Made by a program: the position numbers and the translations under genes. Shown piece by piece: positions 20,490 to 33,316 of a DNA stretch of 60,219 nt. Below the pieces are notes generated by a model, which was not told the DNA's origin, did not search any database, and saw nothing but the letters and a program-made list of their open reading frames with translations. Origin of the DNA: an uncultured Candidatus Saccharibacteria bacterium (lineage in GTDB: Bacteria; Patescibacteriota; Saccharimonadia; Saccharimonadales; UBA10212); NCBI GenBank assembly GCA_964400155.1, contig CAYNSQ010000004.1:1-60219 (forward strand), given 5' to 3'. How positions within the stretch are numbered: the stretch's first letter is position 1; each line of letters starts with the position of its first letter.

Positions 20490-21809
20490 CTAATAAGTTG
20501 TTACAGCTACAAAATCAGTCTGTACGGTATAACTACCAAAAGGTGTAATTAGTGCTGATGTAGCAGCAAATTTAAGAAGTAATGCTTCATCGTCTACATA
20601 AGTTGTAGAAGCAGCGATTTGGTCAAAAGCTCCGGTTTCGTCCCAAGCATAACCGCTTGTAGTTGTACCCGAAACAACCCCAGTGTCGGAAAAATTGGTC
20701 ACATTACTAGCTGTGCCATCACCATCATAGGCCGCATCTCTAACAAGATTGTAGTTAGTTGAGCTGAAAACACATGAATAGCTTGTAGTACTATCACAAC
20801 TTACTCCTGCAATTGTCATTCCAAACTCTTCTGTGCCATTTACAATTGTCCCCTGAGTAGTTCCTTTTGCATTAATGCAGCCATCGGTTGAGACTGTACC
20901 AGCATTACAGTTTGCACCTGATATACGAAGCGTTCCGAGGTGATTAGTGCCAGTGACAGCCTGTATAGCATCGTATGATACAGTGGTGCCGTTAGTTGAG
21001 TTGGTGCGTAGCATAACTAGCCCATTTAAATCATCACCACCATCAACAGCATCTACCGGTGACACATTTACACCGCTGGTAGACAATACTCCAATATTTA
21101 CGCCTGTTCCAGAAACACCGGCACATGAGGTTGGTAGAGTAGATGTAGTCTCAGCGTCGTTTACTGTTGTAGAACCAACACAGAAGTTAAGCACTTCTGC
21201 AACGGCTGCAGAAGTAGTAAGGGTCTGAACAACTGCTGCTGCAGTAACACCATAATCAACAAAACCTGCCCCTGCTGTATAGTTATTTGCATTGTAAAGA
21301 CTGACCCTAGCAAAGAACGTACTGTTGACACCAGAAGGATTTGTTATGGTGTCAAATCGTATAGATCGAGAGGTGGTAGTCTGTGCGGTCGCATCAGTTC
21401 TGTTTGCACATATAATACTGGCACTAGGTGTACAATCATTAGCTCCGGTATTGTCTATAGCGAAGTTGGTCGCTCCTTGCCAACCTGATTGTGTGCCGAA
21501 TGTAACACTACTAAAACTAAGCCCTGCTGGAGCAGAGCAGTTTCCTACGGCAGTAGTACAAGCCTGTACTTTTATTCCCTCAATATCGCTGGTGGATGAA
21601 ACAGTAAAGGTAAAAGTATACTGAACCCCAGTCTTACTTGGGACACCCGATGACAACGCTAATGAGCGGGCCGTAATCTGACCTGCTGCTGAAGCTTGCT
21701 TAATAATTAACACCGGTAAGACAAGAGAGATTACCAGAAGTGCTATGGTGAAGAAAAGCCCAATGTCTTGTACTTTGGCTTTCATGATATTTAGTTTATG
21801 CTTTATCAT
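20490..21809 (-). CDS. Secreted two-domain protein with a WxL/pilin-like C-terminus (paralog 4)
   Basis: Signal peptide, VAEVLNFCVGST, GTNHLGTLRISGA, ends GSYTVQTDFVAVTTY. Start is ATG 21809 or 21785, since the ORF start at 21878 overlaps the upstream gene. Confidence 0.75.
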   Translation of the reverse strand: MIKHKLNIMKAKVQDIGLFFTIALLVISLVLPVLIIKQASAAGQITARSLALSSGVPSKTGVQYTFTFTVSSTSDIEGIKVQACTTAVGNCSAPAGLSFSSVTFGTQSGWQGATNFAIDNTGANDCTPSASIICANRTDATAQTTTSRSIRFDTITNPSGVNSTFFARVSLYNANNYTAGAGFVDYGVTAAAVVQTLTTSAAVAEVLNFCVGSTTVNDAETTSTLPTSCAGVSGTGVNIGVLSTSGVNVSPVDAVDGGDDLNGLVMLRTNSTNGTTVSYDAIQAVTGTNHLGTLRISGANCNAGTVSTDGCINAKGTTQGTIVNGTEEFGMTIAGVSCDSTTSYSCVFSSTNYNLVRDAAYDGDGTASNVTNFSDTGVVSGTTTSGYAWDETGAFDQIAASTTYVDDEALLLKFAATSALITPFGSYTVQTDFVAVTTY

Positions 21810-21828
21810 TATTTTTTTCCATATATCC

Positions 21829-23178
21829 TTAGTAGACAGGTACCGCCACAAAATCCGCTTGAACCGAGTAGCTACCAAAAGGAGCTACCAAGGCTATGCC
21901 GGCTGCAAATTTAAGTATTAGTGCCTCATCTTCAACAAAGCCATTAGGGTTGGAAGATGCGGCTATAGGTTGAGCAGTTCCGGTTTCGTCCCAAGCATAT
22001 CCGTTAGTAGTCGTTCCGCTTGTTGTGTCTGTGTCGCTGAAGTTGCTAGCAGCATTTGTGCCATCGCCATCGTAAGATGCATTCCGGACAAGGTTGTAGT
22101 TTCCACTAGAAAATGTACAGGTGTAGTTAGTGCCACCATTACTTCCACAGTTGGTTGCCGCTACGGTCATGCCAAATTTCTCAGAACCTGCAGTAAAAGT
22201 GGCCTGAGTTGTTCCTTGAGCGTTAATACAACCGTCAGTGTTAACTGTACCTGCATTACATGAAGCACCAGAGATACGAAGCGTACCTAAGTGATTTGTA
22301 CCGCTACCTGCTTGTACGGCGTCGTAATACACAGTCACGCCGTTACTGGCGTTAGTACGTACCATTGCTACCCCGTTGTTCAAGTCACCACCGTTGGTAG
22401 AAGTTACTGGTGATATGTTTACTCGGCTAGAATCAAGTACACCCAAGTTTAGTGACGTGCCAGATACTGTAGTACAGTCGCCAGCAACACTAGTAGTGGC
22501 GTCATTGACTGCGGTTGAGCCAACGCAAAAGTTAAGAACTTCTGCAACACGCGCACTAACTGTAAGGGTTTGAACAATGGCGCTGGCAACTGTTCCAGTA
22601 TCTGTACTGGTTGTCCAGCCAGTGTCGGAGTAAAGTGTAATCCTTACAAAGAAAGCAGTGTTAACTGTAGATGGGTTGGTTTGAGTGTTCCAGGCAACTG
22701 TCTTTGCAGCTGCAGACTCAGCTGCAGCCTGAGTTCGAGTAATACAAAGAACATTGTTGGCAGCAGTACAGCTACCGCTACCACCGGTGCGTGTAAATGA
22801 AGTGGTGTTGGTCCACGAACCTCCAAGTGTACCCTGTTGGGTACCCTGATTTATATTCATGCCGGTTGGCGCGGTGCATGTACCAACCACAGTTGTACAG
22901 GCTTCAAATTTAATTGATTGGATAGCCGAGGCCGAAGACACATAGGTAAATCCGTAGGTATAAATGACATTGGTTGCACTAGCTACAGCTGATGATAAGG
23001 TAAGCGACCTGGATGTTAACTGAGCGGCTTGGGTTTGGGTCATTGTCAGAAGCGGTAAAAGAGAAGAAATGGCTAAAATCAGAACAATAAATGGTATTGA
23101 GACACCTTTGAAAAACCTCCCTACTGCACGGGGGTAATCTACGCACCGCCTGACTCCCTGTTTGAGTTTTAATCCCAT
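21829..23178 (-). CDS. Secreted two-domain protein with a WxL/pilin-like C-terminus (paralog 3)
   Basis: Same motifs as its neighbours; ends GSYSVQADFVAVPVY. Confidence 0.75.
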   Translation of the reverse strand: MGLKLKQGVRRCVDYPRAVGRFFKGVSIPFIVLILAISSLLPLLTMTQTQAAQLTSRSLTLSSAVASATNVIYTYGFTYVSSASAIQSIKFEACTTVVGTCTAPTGMNINQGTQQGTLGGSWTNTTSFTRTGGSGSCTAANNVLCITRTQAAAESAAAKTVAWNTQTNPSTVNTAFFVRITLYSDTGWTTSTDTGTVASAIVQTLTVSARVAEVLNFCVGSTAVNDATTSVAGDCTTVSGTSLNLGVLDSSRVNISPVTSTNGGDLNNGVAMVRTNASNGVTVYYDAVQAGSGTNHLGTLRISGASCNAGTVNTDGCINAQGTTQATFTAGSEKFGMTVAATNCGSNGGTNYTCTFSSGNYNLVRNASYDGDGTNAASNFSDTDTTSGTTTNGYAWDETGTAQPIAASSNPNGFVEDEALILKFAAGIALVAPFGSYSVQADFVAVPVY

Positions 23179-23277
23179 AGCGCTTGTTGCTACTAGTTAT
23201 AGCACGAGCGCTTTACAGATTGCAATAAGAAGTTATAAAAACTGTGGATACATACCTATTAAATCGTCAGTAACGGT

Positions 23278-24606
23278 TTAATAAGTGGTTACCGCAATAA
23301 AATCAATCGGCACATTGTATGTTCCAAAAGGCGTAATTAACGCTGATGTGGCTGCTAGTTTTAACAACAGAGCTTCGTCATCAACGTAAGTTGTTGAAGC
23401 GGCAACCTGGGTAATAGCCCCTGAATCATCCCAGGCATATTGGTTGGTCGTAGTACCAGCAATTGCATTAGTGTCATTGAAGTTAGTCGCGTTGTTTGTT
23501 CCGTCTCCATCATAATTTGCATCTCTGACTAGATTGTAGTTACCGGCACCAAAACTACAGGTATAACTTGTCGTACTTTCACAGTTAACACCAGCTATAG
23601 TCATACCAAAAAGTTCATTCCCATTAGTAATGTTTGATGGTGCCGGGTTGTTGTCGATACAGCCGTCGGTTGTAATACCGTTAGGTGATGCAGCACCATT
23701 ACAGTTGGCACCTGAAATACGTAAAGTACCTAAATGATTAGTGCCTGTCAGTGCCTGAACTGCGTTATACGATACAGTTGTACCATTGGTGGAGTTAGTA
23801 CGCAGCATTACAATGCCGTTAAGATCATTCCCCCCATTTGTCGTTGTTACAGGAGAAACATTCACTTGTGATGTTGATAAAACCCCAATATTAACAGACG
23901 TTCCCGTTACTGCCGAGCAGTCGGCAGGTATAAGGCTGGTAGCTGAACCGGCATTAGCAGCAGTACTACCAACACAGAAATTAAGAACTTCAGCTACTGC
24001 TGCTGTGGCATTGAGCGTTTGCACAACTGCCGAAGCTGTAACTCCGTAGTCTTGTATATTTGCGCCACCAGTATATGCATTATCTGCAAATGTAGTAATT
24101 CTTACAAAAAATGACACATTTACACTTGAGGGGTTAGTTATACCACCAAAAGTAATACTCCTAGATGTTGCAGTCTGGTTGGTTGCGTCTGTTCTGTTGG
24201 AACATAGGACATTTGCTGCCGGCGTGCAGGTGTTTGCACCAGTATTGTCGACTGCAAAATTTGTTGCACCCTGCCAGCCTGTCTGTGACGTATATGTGGC
24301 ACCACTAAAATCTAATCCCGCAGGAGCAGTGCAAGCATTTACTGCCGTGGTGCAGGCTTCAAATTTAAGGCTTTGCACGGTGCTTGTAGCAACTACTGTA
24401 AAAGTAAAGGTATAGCCAACACCGGTGTCACTGGGTATGCCAGAATCTAAAGACAAAGACCTCAGTGCAATTTGCCCTGCTCCGGCTGCCATTTTATTTG
24501 CAAGCACAGGCACCAAAACTATAGCAACAATCACAATATAAAGGCCACCTCGAAGAACATGCCTTTTAGCACGTTTAGCAAATGGCAAGCGTCTGTTTTT
24601 TTTCAT
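23278..24606 (-). CDS. Secreted two-domain protein with a WxL/pilin-like C-terminus (paralog 2)
   Basis: Same motifs as its neighbours; ends GTYNVPIDFIAVTTY. Confidence 0.75.
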   Translation of the reverse strand: MKKNRRLPFAKRAKRHVLRGGLYIVIVAIVLVPVLANKMAAGAGQIALRSLSLDSGIPSDTGVGYTFTFTVVATSTVQSLKFEACTTAVNACTAPAGLDFSGATYTSQTGWQGATNFAVDNTGANTCTPAANVLCSNRTDATNQTATSRSITFGGITNPSSVNVSFFVRITTFADNAYTGGANIQDYGVTASAVVQTLNATAAVAEVLNFCVGSTAANAGSATSLIPADCSAVTGTSVNIGVLSTSQVNVSPVTTTNGGNDLNGIVMLRTNSTNGTTVSYNAVQALTGTNHLGTLRISGANCNGAASPNGITTDGCIDNNPAPSNITNGNELFGMTIAGVNCESTTSYTCSFGAGNYNLVRDANYDGDGTNNATNFNDTNAIAGTTTNQYAWDDSGAITQVAASTTYVDDEALLLKLAATSALITPFGTYNVPIDFIAVTTY

Positions 24607-24724
24607 CTGTTAGGTGGTTTACCTTGCTGTTTGTTTTCGCTAACCTGTTAATTTTATAGCACAACAGGTATGCAAACACAAGCACAATTACAATAGTTTT
24701 ATAAATTGGATCATTCTAGTTGGT

Positions 24725-25465
24725 TCAATAGGATGCAACGACCACTAGATCATGAATCATAGTATAATCACCAGCCGGTGTATCTATTTCGGTGTTGGCA
24801 ATATAACTGATTGTATAGGTAGTCAGCCCCCAGCCACTGCTGCCGGTTTGAGCAATTATATCTCCCATAACATACTTAAATTGGTTGGCAATATCATAAC
24901 CGCTGGCAGCCTGACCAGCAGCAAAACTGCTGTCTGGAAAAGGCACCGGATCTGCTCCAAAAGTAGTCGGTGAAGTGTTGGCTTTTAAATTTATTCCGAA
25001 TTGTTCGACTCCAGTTGTGGGTACGGACTGAGTTACCATACCAGCTAGAGTGTGTGTAACCATTCCGCTAGTCAGCTTTGGCGGTTGACTCATAGTCTGG
25101 ATTGTGTAGCCACTATCCAGGTAGGTTCTAACATGAAAATTAGCCGACCCAGTCTTAGTGCTAGCCACGTCTAAGTAGCCCAAGTCAACCGATGAGGTAT
25201 CAATCCCCATTTCCAAAAAGGGCTCATTTGGAGTTAGAAAACCACTGTAGGCTGCGTAATTTGTACTTGATACCCTATCAACGCCTAGAGCCCCTGTGGA
25301 AGTTTGAGCTTTGTAGTTAGTAGATGCCGAGTCCAAATCACCCCCAGTACCAAAAAAGGTTTCATTCGACTGATAATTGGGCGAATTATACTGAGCCGAA
25401 GCCACAGCCGGTAACAACAGCATAGTCATACCAATTACAGAACCAATTAAACGTAAGCTTTTCAC
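24725..25465 (-). CDS. Secreted protein with a WxL/pilin-like C-terminus (paralog 1, shorter)
   Basis: Signal peptide, EQFGINLKAN (compare SQFGFNLRAN in 19419..20483), ends TPAGDYTMIHDLVVVASY. Confidence 0.7.
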   Translation of the reverse strand: MKSLRLIGSVIGMTMLLLPAVASAQYNSPNYQSNETFFGTGGDLDSASTNYKAQTSTGALGVDRVSSTNYAAYSGFLTPNEPFLEMGIDTSSVDLGYLDVASTKTGSANFHVRTYLDSGYTIQTMSQPPKLTSGMVTHTLAGMVTQSVPTTGVEQFGINLKANTSPTTFGADPVPFPDSSFAAGQAASGYDIANQFKYVMGDIIAQTGSSGWGLTTYTISYIANTEIDTPAGDYTMIHDLVVVASY

Positions 25466-25474
25466 TGTTTAGTA

Positions 25475-26164
25475 TTATATCGCTTCAAAGCTTTTAGCAA
25501 CCCTAATCAGTGTTTGCGGACGTATATCTGGTGTTGTCTCCCTGAAAATAATGACAAACTGGATAGGAGTGCCGTCACTACGTTTCATGTTGAGTCTATA
25601 ATCTCCACCAATCATAGCCAACTGGACTAGATAATTTGGATTGTCCGGATCGCACAGCATAGTAGCATTATCAATAACTACGGGTTTAATTATATGTGGG
25701 TCTTTTCCATATGTTTTGCCACATGGTTCTGATGTGATTGTAACGTCTAAGCTGTTGTCATTAACTAGTCGCACTGGTAAAACTCTTGGGGTGGCGAGAT
25801 TTAGAGGTATTGGAACCTGATTGACATATACGATCATTTGAGACAATATATCCCGCTTTCGATATTTATCGTAGACAAACATATTTGGAGTGGACCGTTC
25901 TTTCTCAAGTACCCACTTAGAGGTATCCTGGAATTTAAAATATGGAGAAGTCATTGTTACCAAATTGTCTGAAATTATTCTAGTTTCTATTTTAGAAGCT
26001 CTGGATGATTCTGGGTCTTTGTTAATTAGGTCCCAAATTAACCACCCTCCGACTAAAATCAACACCACAATAAACGCACTCAGCCAACGCAACATATTGC
26101 GAAAGCGGTTATATCTGTATCCCCGAACGCTACGACGGTATTCATATTTGTGATACATGCTCAT
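25475..26164 (-). CDS. Hypothetical bitopic membrane protein heading the surface-protein cluster
   Basis: Arg-rich N-terminus, one TM, extracellular domain with a Cys pair. Confidence 0.7.
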   Translation of the reverse strand: MSMYHKYEYRRSVRGYRYNRFRNMLRWLSAFIVVLILVGGWLIWDLINKDPESSRASKIETRIISDNLVTMTSPYFKFQDTSKWVLEKERSTPNMFVYDKYRKRDILSQMIVYVNQVPIPLNLATPRVLPVRLVNDNSLDVTITSEPCGKTYGKDPHIIKPVVIDNATMLCDPDNPNYLVQLAMIGGDYRLNMKRSDGTPIQFVIIFRETTPDIRPQTLIRVAKSFEAI

Positions 26165-26256
26165 AGTATTTGTGTCTGTTTTGATAAGGTGGTAAAAATG
26201 CTCATCTGATTATATTATATAAGGGTAAGCTTAATGTGGGAAAAGATATGTAAAAG

Positions 26257-27270
26257 ATGCCTGAAGGCCAACCAACCGCACAAGAACCAGAAGAAGAGTC
26301 CCTAGACACCGTAGAAATGGAATCTAACACTCCAACACCCTCTCCGTCAGCGGCGGGGACTGCTCAAGACGTCAAAAAACCAGATAAAAAAGATGACAAA
26401 CAGCCTGTAGCAAATGTTGAACAGTCAAAAAAGTTGGGCAAGATTCGAGGTTTTAAGAACTTGTACTTCTATATTTATATCCTAGTAGTTATCCTTGGTG
26501 GACTAATTGTGGCGGCTGCTTATATCTACAATAAAAGAGCCCCAAAAACCGAACCTCTAACTACTAAGTCATTGACATCTGAACAGCTTTCACAATTACA
26601 AGGACCAACCACTATAGTAGGAGACCCTAAGCAAACCCTTGATATTCAAAGTAATGCTATTTTTGAGGGAGCAATCTTATCTCGAGGCAATGTAGATATA
26701 GCTGGATCTCTAAAAATCGGTGGTGCTTTATCGTTGCCATCCATAGTGGTATCTGGCGATGGTAGCGTCGGTAAGTTTGCTGTTAATGGTAGTTTGGGCG
26801 TTGCCGGAGATACAACTTTGCAAGGCCAAGTTACATTACAAAAGAACTTAACTGTGCAAGGATCAGCCAGCGTAAGCGGAGCACTATCTGCTGGATCACT
26901 TAGTGTGTCAAATTTTCAACTCACCGGCGACTTAACTATAGCCAGACATATCGTTGGCTCTGGAGGAATCCCCGGTAAGTCAAATGGAACCGCTCTTGGT
27001 GGTGGGGGATCAGCCAGTCTAAATGGTAGTGACACGGCAGGAACAGTAACTATAAATACCGGTGGTAGTCCACCGACCGGTTGTTTTGTAACTGTCAATT
27101 TTGCTAACAAATATTCAGATACACCGCATGTGGTTATTAGTGCTTCCAATTCTTCTGCCGGTGGATTAAATTATTATACAAATAGGTCAAATACTAACTT
27201 CAGCATATGTACAGCTAACGCCCCGACAGCGTCCACCACTTACATCTTTGATTATATCGTTATCCAATAA
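26257..27270 (+). CDS. Membrane-anchored protein with Gly-rich beta repeats and a tail-fibre-like C-terminal domain
   Basis: Acidic N-terminus, TM, repeated GxLxVxG-type strands, VTVNFANKYSDTPHVVIS. Confidence 0.65.
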   Translation: MPEGQPTAQEPEEESLDTVEMESNTPTPSPSAAGTAQDVKKPDKKDDKQPVANVEQSKKLGKIRGFKNLYFYIYILVVILGGLIVAAAYIYNKRAPKTEPLTTKSLTSEQLSQLQGPTTIVGDPKQTLDIQSNAIFEGAILSRGNVDIAGSLKIGGALSLPSIVVSGDGSVGKFAVNGSLGVAGDTTLQGQVTLQKNLTVQGSASVSGALSAGSLSVSNFQLTGDLTIARHIVGSGGIPGKSNGTALGGGGSASLNGSDTAGTVTINTGGSPPTGCFVTVNFANKYSDTPHVVISASNSSAGGLNYYTNRSNTNFSICTANAPTASTTYIFDYIVIQ

Positions 27271-27345
27271 TACTTGCCTTGTTAAGTATTCTTTGACCCA
27301 ATGTGTTATCTTAATGCTGGTCTAGATATTCCTACAATTCTTCAC

Positions 27346-29901
<2,556 letters not shown>

Positions 29902-29905
<4 letters not shown>

Positions 29906-31341
29906 TTAGGTGCCCCCTGTACTATTGAAACTTCTGCCTTTAACTTAGCAAGGGCTGCTACGTAGTCTTCATCTTTTTTGATAGATGAGGCAATATCATT
30001 TACAACCTGTTTCATTCTGGGAATATTAATGCCATGTAACGGATCACCTTCTAAAATCATGTCAATCATCAACTGTTGGGCAAGTACAGAAAATGTTTCT
30101 CCGGGAGCTTGTGTGAATAGCTGGTTGAGCTGTCTTCCCTGCAATACACTTTTTTGTGCTTCTACCGAAAGCTCACTACCAAATCTGGAAAAGTTTTCAG
30201 CTTCTCGAAATGCAGCCAGTGTCTTTAGCAATTTATCATTTTGGTCGTGCTGTCTTTTGTTGTGTCCTCTACCTCCTACACGCGTCACACTAAGACCAAT
30301 ACTAAGTGCCGGTCTCAAACCCTGACGGAACACTTCCATGTCTAAAATCCACTGTCCGTCAGTAATAGACATTATGTTGGTTGGTAAGTAGGCTGTAATA
30401 TCTCCACCATCCGCCAGTACCACCGGTATTGCCGTTAAACTGGCATGGTTGGCTTTTAGTCTTCCAGCTCTCTCCAGCAATGCTGAATGTGCATGAAACA
30501 TATCACCTGGATAACTATCACGACCAGGACTCAACCCCAACAAAAGGGCGATTTCACGTCTAGCGTGAGCATGAGCAGTCAAATCGTCATAAATTATGAC
30601 TGTATCTTGAGCTTCTTTCTGCCAAAGATACTCAGCCAAGGCACAGCCTACATATGGAGCCAGATAAGACAAGACAAGTGACTCAAAAATTGTCGAAACC
30701 ACTACAATTGATTTTTTAAGTGCATCATTTTCGTTTAATCGCGTTAGAAGCATGTTGATGTCGCTTCGACGTTTGGCTATTAGTACATAAACCACAATTT
30801 GATCAGTGTTCTTTTGGTTGATTGCAATCTGAGTTGCCATGGTTGATTTACCTGATTTAGTATCACCAAGCAAAGCCAGACGTTGCCCTCTCACAATTGG
30901 GAAGATAGCGTCAATAGACATCAGACCGGTTTCTAGTTGAGTTTCAAGCATTTGCCTTGCATAAATTGGTGGTGCACCATTGAATATCGGCCAATCGGCA
31001 TCTGCAGCAATCGCACCTTTTCCATCCAGCGGTTCGCCGGTAACGGACACCACCCTGCCAACAAAATCTTTACCAACTTTTGTAGTCATAGTTGGGGCTA
31101 GAACTACTGCTGCCATGCCAATTCTTAACACCATATTCCCCAAATGTAATGCTTGCAAGCGGTCTTCCAAGACATTCGTTATAAAGCCCCTGCTGCCGTC
31201 TTCAAACATTACAATAGAATGTACTCCCACGGGCTGCATGCCGCTTATTTCAATCATGAATTTGTTTACACCAATAATCTCCCCAACCGGAGAGCCACTA
31301 TCAACTAATTTTTTGAAATGTCCAGCACTAGCGCCGTCCAT
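29902..31341 (-). CDS. atpA: Divergent F1 alpha-like subunit
   Basis: [53 protein letters not shown] (Arg finger kept). Confidence 0.88.
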
Positions 31342-31828
31342 TTGCTGCTCCCTTAATGAGTTCTATCAAATAATTCTCTTGCTTTTCTAAATACACTCTT
31401 AAACTCATATCAAAAAGTTTATTTGGGGTTCTGATAACACATCCGGCTGCAATATTTGGTTGTAAACCTACTTGAATAAGAGCTTGTGGGTGGACCGACC
31501 CTCGAAACCACGCCAATATACGCTCCAATGCTTTTGGTGAAGGCTCGGCGGCAAAACTAATGTGGATTTTTGGTGCTGTTTGTTTGATGATTTTGAATTG
31601 TTCGGTAAGTGCTTTACGGTGGGTTTCTTCAAGCAAACTGTAGCCATTTTCACGGGCTATGCTTTCTAAAGCTTTGGTCACACGGGGTGTTTGGACCGGC
31701 GAACCGGCTGCGCGAATGTTAGCAGAGACAAAAAAATCATCAACAGCATTTAATTCGCGTTGAAGTGACGAAATGTCTGATGTTCCAACAATACTTAGCG
31801 GTAAATGAAATCTATTACTATGTTCCAC
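31328..31828 (-). CDS. F1 delta-like subunit with a divergent N-terminus
   Basis: C-terminal [21 protein letters not shown] resembles the delta/OSCP C-terminus; sits before alpha; probable GTG start at 31828 after GAGG. Confidence 0.6.
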   Translation of the reverse strand: MEHSNRFHLPLSIVGTSDISSLQRELNAVDDFFVSANIRAAGSPVQTPRVTKALESIARENGYSLLEETHRKALTEQFKIIKQTAPKIHISFAAEPSPKALERILAWFRGSVHPQALIQVGLQPNIAAGCVIRTPNKLFDMSLRVYLEKQENYLIELIKGAANGRR

Positions 31829-32438
31829 GTTGAATATCCTCAATAATCGCTGCTTTGTTAGCCTCAAGTTCGGTCAAAATATATTCTAGTTGGTCAGTTA
31901 AATCAATCTGACTACCAATTGAGCGTAAAATATAGTGATTTACAATTCGCGCCATTTCTTTATCAAATGCTTCAACAATCTTCTTTTTCTGAGCATCAAC
32001 CTGAGCGGTCATTTGTTGCTGAAGGAATGTTCTTTGTTGGTCAATAGTAGCGGTAGTCTTCTCAATAGACTCCAGCGCAATCTGTTTGGCATCTACTATT
32101 GATTGTTCATATTTTTTGAATTCATCCTGTAATGTCTTTGTTATTTCAGCTCGCATATACTCATTAAGTTGAGCTGTTGTTTGACGTAAGTCTTGTTGTA
32201 GGAACATGGCATTTTCACCAATAATTTTTTCAAAGTGTAGCCGCCCACGGTTTCGCAGTTCTTCACGGAAATCAGCGTTAAATATATGTTCTACATCAGT
32301 CTTGGCGGCTTGTTCTAAATCGGTTGGCAGATCGGATTTTTCACCTCCGCTCTTTCCAAGTTTCAATGCCACCCAGATAAAAGCCAGCGTCGCTGCGCTT
32401 ATTGCTCCAAGTACCAGTAATAACCCACCTTCGTTCAT
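31818..32438 (-). CDS. Single-TM coiled-coil protein, F0 b-like
   Basis: N-terminal TM followed by a long helical charged region, in the atpF position. Confidence 0.55.
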   Translation of the reverse strand: MNEGGLLLVLGAISAATLAFIWVALKLGKSGGEKSDLPTDLEQAAKTDVEHIFNADFREELRNRGRLHFEKIIGENAMFLQQDLRQTTAQLNEYMRAEITKTLQDEFKKYEQSIVDAKQIALESIEKTTATIDQQRTFLQQQMTAQVDAQKKKIVEAFDKEMARIVNHYILRSIGSQIDLTDQLEYILTELEANKAAIIEDIQRGT

Positions 32439-32460
32439 AATTTTGGTTTAAACACTACCT

Positions 32461-33273
32461 CTATAGTTTCAATAATAAATATACCCCAATTAAGCCAATG
32501 GCGAAAATCAATATTGCTAAAATAACCGTTTTAATCAGACCGCGTATGATGGCATTTTTGCTTAATGGGTTACGTCCTATAGACACAATGCCACTTCTTA
32601 CCCCTGTAATTACCAATAAAGCTGCTATAGTCCCGGCGACTAGAAGTATTAGCACTGCCAAATAAATTTTGAGTACGCCAACTGGATTGCCGGCTACTGA
32701 TTCCGCTACCCGGCGAAGTGATTCAGGTGCAGCAAGACCTGATTTTTTAGTAGGATTCCCCTTGGGTAGAATATCAACACTGATTCGGGCTACCTTTACT
32801 CCGGCAACATTTGTAATTGCCTTGTTTTTGCCGTCAAAACTTTCTGCAGCACGCCCGAGTACAAAATTCTGCACGGTATCAGCTTTTGCAGCAATACCAT
32901 CTATGTTAGACATTGAGATGTAATCACCGGGTTTTATCACACCCTTTTGATCAGACACCAAAACACTATGCTTGCCGCTGGTAGCTACATAAATACTGTC
33001 TTTGCCGCTGGTTAGTGCTATTGGTGATTCTGATGGGTCTATTACAACACCGTAAATACTTGCCGGATCTTTAGCAGCAGCTATTTTAACCTTTACAGAT
33101 TCACCATCTAACGCAACAACCAGTCCCGGCTGAATTGGTGTTTTGCTTTGATAAGCCCTCACCAAGGTTTCAGCCTGGCCGGATTTAGCAATAGACAAAA
33201 AGCTAAAGGCTAATAGCAACAATGCTATAACTAACTTCAGAGGTCGTTTGTATCCGCTAACTACCATAATCAA
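32461..33273 (-). CDS. Exported protein with two C-terminal TM helices; function unknown
   Basis: Signal peptide, beta domain (GVIKPGDYISMS...VLGRA), SIGRNPL between two TM helices. Confidence 0.65.
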   Translation of the reverse strand: MIMVVSGYKRPLKLVIALLLLAFSFLSIAKSGQAETLVRAYQSKTPIQPGLVVALDGESVKVKIAAAKDPASIYGVVIDPSESPIALTSGKDSIYVATSGKHSVLVSDQKGVIKPGDYISMSNIDGIAAKADTVQNFVLGRAAESFDGKNKAITNVAGVKVARISVDILPKGNPTKKSGLAAPESLRRVAESVAGNPVGVLKIYLAVLILLVAGTIAALLVITGVRSGIVSIGRNPLSKNAIIRGLIKTVILAILIFAIGLIGVYLLLKL

Positions 33274-33316
33274 TCGCTTAATTATAGCGCTTTTGCTTTC
33301 TCTAATCTATCTGTCT

